Part shown: positions 29,053-36,285 of the stretch, one piece after another | Layout of the letters: each line of letters starts with the position of its first letter | How positions within the stretch are numbered: the stretch's first letter is position 1 | From: an uncultured archaeon | GTDB lineage: Archaea > Asgardarchaeota > Lokiarchaeia > Sigyniarchaeales > SOKP01 | DNA length: 36,492 bases | NCBI GenBank assembly: GCA_964508365.1 | Contig: CAZDTP010000041.1 | Span: 1-36,492 of the forward strand | Direction of reading: 5' to 3' | Made by a program: the position numbers and the translations under genes | Notes under the pieces: model-generated | Databases searched by the model: none | Seen by the model: the letters and a program-made list of their open reading frames with translations, nothing else | Told to the model about the DNA's origin: nothing

Positions 29053-29505
29053 ATGAAAAAATTAAAAATATTTCTTGATACATCTGTATATAGCGCAATT
29101 TTTGATCAAAGAGATCCAAATCGCCAAAAATTAACACAAGATTTTTGGAATAATATTGGAGATTATGATTTGTATTATTCCGATATAACCACAGAAGAAA
29201 TAAGTGCCGTTTTAGATGAAAAATTGAGAAACAAAATGAAAAAGCTATTAGAAAAGGGTAAATATATTGAAATAACAACAGAAGTGAATGAATTAGCTAA
29301 AGTTTATGTTAAAGAAGATCTTATCCCCGAAAGGTATGAAAACGATGCTTTATTAATTGCTTTAACATCTGTCTATTCATTGGATATTTTAGTTAGTTGG
29401 AACTTTAAGCATTTAGTTAAAAGAAAAACTCGCATAGGAGTTAATTTAAGTAATCTTAAAAAGGGTTATAAGTCAATTGAAATTTTAGCTCCACCAGAGT
29501 TATAG
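29053..29505 (+). CDS. PIN-domain (VapC-like) ribonuclease, putative toxin
   Basis: IFLDTSVY, TEEI, NDALLIA, LVSWNFKHL. Confidence 0.88.
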   Translation: MKKLKIFLDTSVYSAIFDQRDPNRQKLTQDFWNNIGDYDLYYSDITTEEISAVLDEKLRNKMKKLLEKGKYIEITTEVNELAKVYVKEDLIPERYENDALLIALTSVYSLDILVSWNFKHLVKRKTRIGVNLSNLKKGYKSIEILAPPEL

Positions 29506-29515
29506 AGGTATTAAT

Positions 29516-29680
29516 ATGTTATATGACATTGAAGAATTATTAAAAGAAGTGAATCTATCAGATAAAGAAAAGGAAGAAATTATTAAAGATATAAGAGATG
29601 AATTTCCTCAAGACGAAATGCTTTTTGAATTACATTTATTCCGTGCTATCCAGTTTTTAAAAAAGCAGAAAAATAGGTAA
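29516..29680 (+). CDS. 54-aa acidic helical protein, putative antitoxin (not in ORF track)
   Basis: GAGGT SD directly after the PIN stop. Translates to MLYDIEELLKEVNLSDKEKEEIIKDIRDEFPQDEMLFELHLFRAIQFLKKQKNR. Confidence 0.7.
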   Translation: MLYDIEELLKEVNLSDKEKEEIIKDIRDEFPQDEMLFELHLFRAIQFLKKQKNR

Positions 29681-29767
29681 TCCTTTAAAATCTATTGAAA
29701 AAAATTTGTAAATATGTAATTCATTAGAGTTTTCTCATTTTTAAATTAAAAATATAAATCGTAATTA

Positions 29768-30898
29768 ATGATGTCTGAAACTTTTGAGAACTTTATGATC
29801 TTCGGACTAGAAAGTACCGGAGAAAAAGTAAGGTTAGATATTTCTGAAGATACCTTTCGGTTGAATAACGGTCAAAATATATTAGACCCTAACCAAGTGT
29901 TAATTATTGTCAAGGAGGGTATAAGGAGAATCTACATCTGGAAAGGTATCAATTCACACGTCAGGAAAAAATTTATAGCATCTCGGATTGCTGCTGAATT
30001 ACAAAACGATTTGGTTGTTGCTGGGCATTTTCATCGGTGTAAAATTATCTCAGTAGACCAAGGAGACGAACCTAACGATTTTCTAAGAGCATTTGGTTTT
30101 ACGACAGTAGACTTACCAGAATTTATTGATCGTAATTCAAAAGAGTTCAAGCAAATTCATTCCACATCTGAAATAACGGCGCCAGAATTAGACGGAAAGA
30201 ATGTTCACAGTTGGAATGGCCCTCCTCCTTCTTTAAAAGGAGATATAGCGTCTCCAACCATTACTCAAACTTCGATGAAAAGAACAAAAGAAGAACTTAA
30301 AAAGACAATTAAGCCCTTTAAAACTGACCAAATGGAAATAATTGAGAAAATAGTTAAAAATAATGTCCCCGCTGATCTAAAAAGACAAAACCTAATCTTA
30401 GGTAATTTTCAGATTTTTGGTGCTGCGATTAAAAAAGCTAAAATATTTGGCAAAGAACTAGAAGAAGTCAAATGGGAACCAGTAAACTCGCTACCAGAAG
30501 GAATCATTGAACTAACTGATCGCACTCTAAGAATTTATGTAGATGCTATATATAAGACTATTGAAGGAATAGAAATTCTCCAAAAACTCGATATGTCTAA
30601 AGCCGTAGAACCGATGATTGAAAAGGACGAATTTGTGGACTACAGTACTTGGACTGTTAAACAATTAAAAACTTATTGTCAAGAGTACAAAATAAAAGTG
30701 CCTGTATCTTATAGAAAAGCACAAATTATCAGCCTCATCAAAAAAGATTCCCCCCAAGAATCCATTAAACAAGAATCAAATTATAAGACTTGGACTGTAA
30801 GGCAACTGAAAGAATACTGTAAAAAAAACGATATCCAAGTGATATCTACATACAGAAAAGCAGATTTACTTAAACTTGTAGAAGAACATCAAAAATAG
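29768..30898 (+). CDS. Asgard gelsolin-domain protein with middle domain and two C-terminal HeH/Rho-N-like repeats
   Basis: LDPNQVLII...IYIWKGINS...IASRIAAEL...VDQGDEPNDFLRAFG matches the gelsolin repeat pattern. The C-terminus has two WTVxQLKxYC...I.V...YRKA repeats. Confidence 0.8.
   Translation: MMSETFENFMIFGLESTGEKVRLDISEDTFRLNNGQNILDPNQVLIIVKEGIRRIYIWKGINSHVRKKFIASRIAAELQNDLVVAGHFHRCKIISVDQGDEPNDFLRAFGFTTVDLPEFIDRNSKEFKQIHSTSEITAPELDGKNVHSWNGPPPSLKGDIASPTITQTSMKRTKEELKKTIKPFKTDQMEIIEKIVKNNVPADLKRQNLILGNFQIFGAAIKKAKIFGKELEEVKWEPVNSLPEGIIELTDRTLRIYVDAIYKTIEGIEILQKLDMSKAVEPMIEKDEFVDYSTWTVKQLKTYCQEYKIKVPVSYRKAQIISLIKKDSPQESIKQESNYKTWTVRQLKEYCKKNDIQVISTYRKADLLKLVEEHQK
30638..30880 (+). repeat. 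Two 34-aa intragenic repeats (30638-30739 and 30779-30880)
   Basis: DYSTWTVKQLKTYCQEYKIKVPVSYRKAQIISLI versus NYKTWTVRQLKEYCKKNDIQVISTYRKADLLKLV. Confidence 0.9.
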
Positions 30899-30937
30899 AA
30901 AGAATTAATAAATAAAAAAATAATAAATAAAATTTAC

Positions 30938-33904
30938 TTAATCCTGAGAAACATAGAAATCGTCGAAATTTTCTTCTAATTGATCAAAGTATAGCTTTCT
31001 CTTTCCAGGTATAACTTTTTCTGTCAGTATTTTTGCTTTCTCGTAGCAGGTAGATGCTTCTATACGCATTCCTAAGTGTTTATAGGACTTGGCTAATTTT
31101 AGAAAAGTGTGAAATGCGAACCAACCTCGTGGGTTGGCTTCTAAAGCTTGCGTAAATTTCTCGATCGCACTTCTATAATTTTTTGAATTCATCAATACTT
31201 CTCCGTATGTATCATACAGATTTGCGTCGAGAGGATCGAGTTCGATGGCTTTTTCAATTGTCTCAAAGGCTTCATCGTATTTTCCGAGATTACTCAAAGA
31301 AATGGATTTATTGTTTAATAACCCTGGTGAATCCGGATAAAGTTCTAAGGCTTCGTCAAGAGTCTTGATCACTTCCAAATCTTTACCCATTGTATAATAG
31401 GTAAATCCTCTCAGTTGATACAATGCCTTACACTCCTGTGGAAATTTTTTCATCATTTCATCGATTAAAGCCATTATCTTATCTCTCATATTATCGTTCG
31501 TGAGAAACAAGTGAATTTTTGCCTCGTAGATATCGTAGTGGTCAGGGCTTAATTCGATTGCTTTTTCAATTTCAACTAAAGCTGCTTCAGTTCCATCTGT
31601 CTCATTTAAAATATAACTATACAATTGATAATACCTAGACAATTGTTTTTTATTCGACCCCAATGATATCGCCTTCTCAAATTCTTCAATAAAGAGCTCT
31701 TTATCTGCTTTACTCGCATTAAAATTGTGCACAATATTAAATCCATGAACTAGTCCAGTAATAATATGAGAAAGTGGGTGATTTGCGTAATGAAATTTCA
31801 CCTTATTGACGATATCTAAGGCTTTTTCAAATTTTCCTCTTGCTAAATACGAGAAAGATAGTATCAAATATGCTGCCGTATCAACGCGGGGATTATGTTT
31901 GAGTAAATTGAATCCTACTACATGTTTAATCCAATTTTTACCCTCTTTATAATTATTTGTAATCGTATATAATAGAGCTTTCATTACAGAGATTTCCAAG
32001 TCCTTAGGATTTGTTTCAATTAAAGAATTAATAAGCTCCAAAGGTTTGTCAATTGCTTTTGCACAGCATTCTTTATCTGTTAGGGCGCACAGGAATTTAG
32101 TTCGTTGGAGAAAATAGTTATCAGGGTATTCAGTTAATGCCTCTTCAACAATGCTTAAAGCTTTATCGTGGTCATAATTAATCAATATCTGTGCTTTTTG
32201 AGCAATAAGCGAGGCATCATAAGTTCTGCTTAACCCAGATTCGATGACTTCTAACGCTCTATTGAATTTACCCATAAAGAAATAGGTTATTGATTTAAAC
32301 AAATAACCTATGTATTCGTCAGGGTGTTTTTTGATGATTTCTTCTGTTTGTCCTAGCGAATCTTCCAACTCTCCATTGTAAGTGTAAAATAAATCTTTCA
32401 GAAGCAATATCTCGATATCGCTTAAATTCTTAAGATTCTCTGTAAGCAAGTCGTTTACTTTAGATAGTTTTCCCTTCGATAATTCACTTTCAATGTCCGT
32501 TAAGAATTCCGAATTCTTAGGAAAGTATGTCTTTTTGAACTGAGATGTTCTAATAAAGTTAATTTTCGTCAAATAAAAAATGTCCAAGGTATCGAAAATT
32601 CTGTTGTGTAAGAAATAATACGCTTCACTATCGGCTGATTTGTTCATCGTACTCGCCGTTTCGGAGGTACTGAAATTTTGAATTACTTCGAATACATTTT
32701 GGAAAGCGATACCCTTTATTTTATCTGTATGGTTGATCAAACTCTTCTCGCTCTCAAATTTATATGCTAAATGCTCGATATACTCAGGAATGAATTTCCT
32801 GAGAGCCGGTTTCAAATCGTCGTGGAACAAATTACTACGCATTTCGCTTGTTATATCTTCAAGTAACTCATTGATATCGGGTATTCGATATTGAAGTCCA
32901 CTTGCTTTCTGAAATTTACTCAAATACGTAAACTTCCTAATGTAATCCTCGATAATTACATTGAGCATTTTCTCTAACCGCTCTTCTGCCTGAATGTAGT
33001 AGGTGCAATCATTGCTTACATTTAATTTAAAGAAACGTATCGGATAGTTGTTATCTTCAACGATCTTCTCGATAAAGAAGTTCAGTGTCGTTAGCTTTAT
33101 ATCGTATTCTATTGCAAAATCTTTAGTTGTGATGAATTTAGGGTACTGATCCGGGTGATTAATAGCGAGATAAAGCAAAATTTTATCAAAATCCGCCTCG
33201 TCAGACAAAGTGCTTTCAAATTTAGTATAATCCAACCTAAGCACTATGTTCAAAAATCTATATTTTATCCCATCATCAGCGATATCGTAATCGTTAAAAA
33301 ACTCAGTTACCTTGTCTGTTATTACATCAACTCTCTTGCTCTCTTCGTCTAATATTGATTGGCGATCTAAATCGTATTTTTTTAACATATTGAAATATTC
33401 GAGTTCACCTGAACTAGTAATCTGATAGTCGCGGTTATCTTTTTCAATAAGATTACTTTCTAGTAAAATATTTAAATTCTTTGACAATGAAGATTGATTA
33501 ATTGAAAGAGGATCCTCAAGGAAGTCTGACCATTTACAATGGTGGTTATTGTACAGCATCCATAGAATCCAATCATCGTAATTTCTCTTATTTGTTATAA
33601 TCTCAGGTGGATAATTCAATGTTTTTTCAAGCCCATCTTTAACTTGAAGTTCAGCATACTGTTTTCGACCTTCAGGTGTAATTTTATATTCTCCCTTCTT
33701 CTCCTTCTCAATATAACCGCTACTAATTAGGATTGTAAGATATTTCGACAAAGTTGCTTGGCTTATATTTACGGGTTCTGATTTAAAATCAGACCATGAA
33801 CACTGGTCGTTATTATAGAGCATCCAGAGGATAATATGCTCAAAATCTTTGTTGATCTTCATAGGCATAATTATTCCTTCAGGTGGAAATTTTACTATAC
33901 TCAT
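30938..33904 (-). CDS. Tandem winged-HTH plus TPR-array protein, putative transcriptional regulator
   Basis: Two N-terminal repeats ILWMLYNN..C.WSDF...P..I.Q..LSK.L..L...IEK...Y.IT..G (MarR/ArsR-like wHTH). The C-terminal half is TPRs, e.g. NNKSISLSNLGKYDEAFETIEKAIELDP and YDTYGEVLMNSKNYRSAIEKFTQALEANP. Confidence 0.85.
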   Translation of the reverse strand: MSIVKFPPEGIIMPMKINKDFEHIILWMLYNNDQCSWSDFKSEPVNISQATLSKYLTILISSGYIEKEKKGEYKITPEGRKQYAELQVKDGLEKTLNYPPEIITNKRNYDDWILWMLYNNHHCKWSDFLEDPLSINQSSLSKNLNILLESNLIEKDNRDYQITSSGELEYFNMLKKYDLDRQSILDEESKRVDVITDKVTEFFNDYDIADDGIKYRFLNIVLRLDYTKFESTLSDEADFDKILLYLAINHPDQYPKFITTKDFAIEYDIKLTTLNFFIEKIVEDNNYPIRFFKLNVSNDCTYYIQAEERLEKMLNVIIEDYIRKFTYLSKFQKASGLQYRIPDINELLEDITSEMRSNLFHDDLKPALRKFIPEYIEHLAYKFESEKSLINHTDKIKGIAFQNVFEVIQNFSTSETASTMNKSADSEAYYFLHNRIFDTLDIFYLTKINFIRTSQFKKTYFPKNSEFLTDIESELSKGKLSKVNDLLTENLKNLSDIEILLLKDLFYTYNGELEDSLGQTEEIIKKHPDEYIGYLFKSITYFFMGKFNRALEVIESGLSRTYDASLIAQKAQILINYDHDKALSIVEEALTEYPDNYFLQRTKFLCALTDKECCAKAIDKPLELINSLIETNPKDLEISVMKALLYTITNNYKEGKNWIKHVVGFNLLKHNPRVDTAAYLILSFSYLARGKFEKALDIVNKVKFHYANHPLSHIITGLVHGFNIVHNFNASKADKELFIEEFEKAISLGSNKKQLSRYYQLYSYILNETDGTEAALVEIEKAIELSPDHYDIYEAKIHLFLTNDNMRDKIMALIDEMMKKFPQECKALYQLRGFTYYTMGKDLEVIKTLDEALELYPDSPGLLNNKSISLSNLGKYDEAFETIEKAIELDPLDANLYDTYGEVLMNSKNYRSAIEKFTQALEANPRGWFAFHTFLKLAKSYKHLGMRIEASTCYEKAKILTEKVIPGKRKLYFDQLEENFDDFYVSQD
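33395..33892 (-). repeat. Duplicated wHTH module (residues ~5-83 and ~97-170)
   Basis: Both copies share PPE-II, ILWMLYNN, WSDF, LSK, IEK and IT motifs. Confidence 0.85.
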
Positions 33905-33926
33905 ATTTAAATCATATTCGAGTAAC

Positions 33927-33934
33927 TTTATAAA
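33927..33934 (-). promoter_or_regulatory. TATA box for leaderless transcription of the wHTH-TPR gene
   Basis: TTTATAAA at -30 to -23 relative to the A of ATG at 33904, preceded on the minus strand by BRE-like CATAAAA. Confidence 0.6.
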
Positions 33935-33951
33935 TTTTATGTTCGCGCTAT

Positions 33952-33982
33952 ACTTCGAAGTTCGTTCGAACTTCTTAAAGTT
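33952..33982. promoter_or_regulatory. Cluster of overlapping palindromes (putative operator) between divergent promoters
   Basis: ACTTCGAAGT (33952-61), GAAGTTCG-TT-CGAACTTC (33957-74) and AACTT-CTTA-AAGTT (33969-82). Confidence 0.6.
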
Positions 33983-33994
33983 AAACTATATAAG
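33978..33994 (+). promoter_or_regulatory. BRE plus TATA promoter for the micro-ORF transcript
   Basis: AAGTTAAA-CTATATAAG. Predicted start is near 34016, giving an A-rich leader that contains the SD. Confidence 0.55.
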
Positions 33995-34055
33995 AACCGC
34001 GAAGTTAATAAAATTAAAACAAAAAAAAGAACTAAAAAAAACGAGGTAAAAAAAG

Positions 34056-34127
34056 ATGGAAGAAAGTGAGAAAAGAACGATAATAATCAAAAACGATGGG
34101 TATATTCCTGACCTTTTTGGTATGTAA
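34056..34127 (+). CDS. Micro-ORF 1, 23 aa: MEESEKRTIIIKNDGYIPDLFGM
   Basis: GAGGT SD 8 nt upstream, T7 tract downstream, paralogous to micro-ORF 2. Confidence 0.65.
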   Translation: MEESEKRTIIIKNDGYIPDLFGM

Positions 34128-34141
34128 ATGAAATTAATACA

Positions 34142-34148
34142 TTTTTTT
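34142..34148 (+). terminator. T7 tract after micro-ORF 1
   Basis: Oligo-T 14 nt after the stop, mirrored 200 nt later. Confidence 0.45.
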
Positions 34149-34254
34149 AATGATTGTAATAATTAAAAATTCGCAATTTAACCACAAACAATAAATTAAC
34201 ATAAAATAAAACTAAAAAAAATCAAAACAAAATAAAAAAAACGAGGTAAATAAT

Positions 34255-34329
34255 ATGAGACGAAAAGAGAAGGAAGCCCAAAATATCCTAAACCCGACGG
34301 GATATCATATTACCACATTCAGATTTTAA
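34255..34329 (+). CDS. Micro-ORF 2, 24 aa: MRRKEKEAQNILNPTGYHITTFRF
   Basis: GAGGT SD 7 nt upstream, T7 tract downstream, paralogous to micro-ORF 1. Confidence 0.65.
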   Translation: MRRKEKEAQNILNPTGYHITTFRF

Positions 34330-34341
34330 ATTAAATTAAAC

Positions 34342-34348
34342 TTTTTTT
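34342..34348 (+). terminator. T7 tract after micro-ORF 2
   Basis: Oligo-T 12 nt after the stop. Confidence 0.45.
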
Positions 34349-34441
34349 ACTCTTTATTTTTAGAGCAATTGCTGATTTTGTAAACTCTTTATTTTCTAAT
34401 GCTGATTTTAAATTTCTCGTTTAAGGTTTTGAAAATTCGTT

Positions 34442-34690
34442 TTATTTGAGTGATCTTAAAGCGTATACGATTGCTCCACCTGTGATAGAAATTGATCCTA
34501 TAATAAGAAGTCCTAAGCTCCATATGTTCGAAATGAGAAAATCGTTAAATTCTAATTCCTCAACTGATATTACAATCAAAATTATTATTCCTATGGTGAT
34601 AAATACGAGTCCTAGAAGGAAGAACCACTCCGATATACTTTTTATATCTTCCATTTCTTCGTTATTTTTCTTAGCGGGATAATTTACCAT
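34442..34690 (-). CDS. Small two-TM membrane protein, unknown function
   Basis: Two hydrophobic helices separated by an acidic loop. AGGAG SD upstream on the minus strand. Confidence 0.65.
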   Translation of the reverse strand: MVNYPAKKNNEEMEDIKSISEWFFLLGLVFITIGIIILIVISVEELEFNDFLISNIWSLGLLIIGSISITGGAIVYALRSLK

Positions 34691-34896
34691 ATATTACACC
34701 AATCTCCTTAAATCCAAACTATAAAGTAAAAAGCTTATTTTATATATATATTTTAAATTTTTCCACATTCGTCAAGCAGATTTCATTATTATATAGTAAA
34801 TCTTAAAGTATTAATTTTTTGAGAATTATTTGAGTTAATCAGAAAAAATAAAATGAAATGAATAATTTAAATAAAAAAACCTAAAGGTGTTTAAAA

Positions 34897-35469
34897 ATAC
34901 CAGCCACACCGTTGCATTACCCCATCGCATGGGGGCTCTCAAAATTAGACAAACGATTGAATCTACCAGGTTTGATTGTTGGTTCATTTATACCTGATAT
35001 TGAGGTGCCAATTTTAATCATCTTTTTTAATGGAGTACTCCCAGATCATTTCATCTTGCACAGCTTGATTGGTGCGCTTACTATAGGAACTATTATCTCA
35101 ACTTTGGTTACCGTTATGCTGTATCCGATTTTGACTTCGTGGTTCTTTCGCCTCGATAAAGTTAAAATAAAGGAATTATGTAGGTTAACCCCGATTCTTG
35201 TGTTATCCTGTATGCTCGGAAATGTGTTCCACATTCTGTTAGACATTCCAATGCATCCATTTAATCCTGTCCTGTGGCCTTTTGTAGATCCATATAGTAT
35301 TGTTGGAATTCTAGTCCTTGTCTTTGCCGTAGATGGGAATATAAGTTTGGGATTTTTAATTGCGAATATTCTGATTAATGCGATAATGGGATTATTTACG
35401 CTTGCCATATTAATTAAAAGTAGGAGAAATCTGTGGGAGCAAACTTTAATAGGAAAAAAAAGTTCGTAA
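34897..35469 (+). CDS. DUF4184-like membrane metal-dependent hydrolase; homology start falls on ATA 34897 (first canonical start TTG 34912)
   Basis: (I)PATPLHYPIAW, IVGSFIPDIE, HSLIGA, HILLD motifs. AAGGTG SD 7 nt before the ATA. Confidence 0.72.
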   Translation: MPATPLHYPIAWGLSKLDKRLNLPGLIVGSFIPDIEVPILIIFFNGVLPDHFILHSLIGALTIGTIISTLVTVMLYPILTSWFFRLDKVKIKELCRLTPILVLSCMLGNVFHILLDIPMHPFNPVLWPFVDPYSIVGILVLVFAVDGNISLGFLIANILINAIMGLFTLAILIKSRRNLWEQTLIGKKSS

Positions 35470-35503
35470 TCAGCTTTTGGGAAGGAAAATTTACACTTTT
35501 AAC

Positions 35504-35980
35504 TTACCAGCCGCTTGGATCGAAAAAGCTGTTATACTTTTTCAGCCAATTAAAAATCGTGTATTTGGAGTAATCTTCAGTTATTTCTTCTCCAATTTGG
35601 ATATCTCGTAGAGCTACTGAGCAAATACCAGGTTCATCTTCAGGTTGTCCCGAGTTAGGATTAAACGAATGGTTAACATATCTATTATTATCCAAAATGA
35701 AAATTAAAGCGTCGATATCACGCTCGCAATATGAGTAGTTGAGTAATATAGTCATAAAGTTTTCAATTTGCGGCGATTTAATAGAAGAATCAAACATAAT
35801 GAATTGTTCTTTGGTAATAATCATCACATCTTGCTCACGAGCATGCCACCAAACTGTTCCCTTAGGAATTAATTTCTTTGCAAATAATCCCAATCCATGA
35901 ATTTTACTTGGTCTTACTACGGCATATTCTTCAATAGGATTAATTGAACTACGATTGTATCGTATTACTATATCGGTCAT
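35504..35980 (-). CDS. SET-domain protein-lysine methyltransferase
   Basis: SKIHGLGLFA, RYVNHSFNPN and ALRDIQIGEEITEDY correspond to the SET signature motifs GxG, NHS and EELxxDY. Confidence 0.85.
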   Translation of the reverse strand: MTDIVIRYNRSSINPIEEYAVVRPSKIHGLGLFAKKLIPKGTVWWHAREQDVMIITKEQFIMFDSSIKSPQIENFMTILLNYSYCERDIDALIFILDNNRYVNHSFNPNSGQPEDEPGICSVALRDIQIGEEITEDYSKYTIFNWLKKYNSFFDPSGW

Positions 35981-36112
35981 TAAATTGTGTTAAGTTAAAA
36001 AGCTATTAATATTTTGTATTTTACTTCTATATCTAGACTTTATATATTCATAACGTTTATATAATCTATTTAGTTAGTATAAAGTGAATAACGGATTATA
36101 GGGTGAATTAAA

Positions 36113-36285
36113 ATGGATTTCATTAAAATATATACAATGTTTCTTACAATCGTAGGTTTTGCGGCTCTATTTGCGGTAGGGTACGTATTAGTAAGTTTTG
36201 GAAGTCTATTTTTTTAGCTCTTGGTATTGCACTCTTGATTCCCGGGATTGTCGGAATAGTTAAATCCCGAGCAAATAAGGAATAG
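36113..36285 (+). pseudogene. Small two-TM membrane protein split by a frameshift in a T7 run
   Basis: MDFIKIYTMFLTIVGFAALFAVGYVLVSFGSLFF stops at 36215-17. The shifted frame continues LALGIALLIPGIVGIVKSRANKE to a stop at 36283-85. GGGTGA SD upstream. Confidence 0.5.

Larger units (their letters stand above)
34033..34250 (+). repeat. 18-nt exact direct repeat TAAAAAAAACGAGGTAAA at 34033-34050 and 34233-34250
   Basis: Identical copies exactly 200 nt apart, each containing a GAGGT SD 7-8 nt before an ATG. Confidence 0.9.

Noticed and set aside
33849-34049. 66-aa plus-strand ORF across the divergent promoter
   Set aside because: It overlaps the regulator start and both TATA boxes and ends in poly-Lys from A tracts. 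The SD-led micro-ORFs explain the region better.
34128-34166. 12-aa ORF MKLIHFFNDCNN directly after micro-ORF 1
   Set aside because: It spans the T7 terminator-like tract, has no SD, and has no counterpart in the second repeat unit.
34033-34348. CRISPR-like or IS-related interpretation of the 200-nt periodic repeat
   Set aside because: There are only two copies, the spacing is far too long for CRISPR, and there are no cas genes, terminal inverted repeats or transposase.
2926-35408. Numerous 60-120 aa ORFs antisense to well-supported genes (e.g. 2926-3261, 3801-4097, 5452-5700, 11391-11606, 13984-14235, 18506-18745, 21266-21481, 27703-28011, 28970-29278, 31183-31368, 34446-34682, 35046-35408)
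   Set aside because: They overlap motif-supported genes on the opposite strand and have no recognisable motifs or expression signals.
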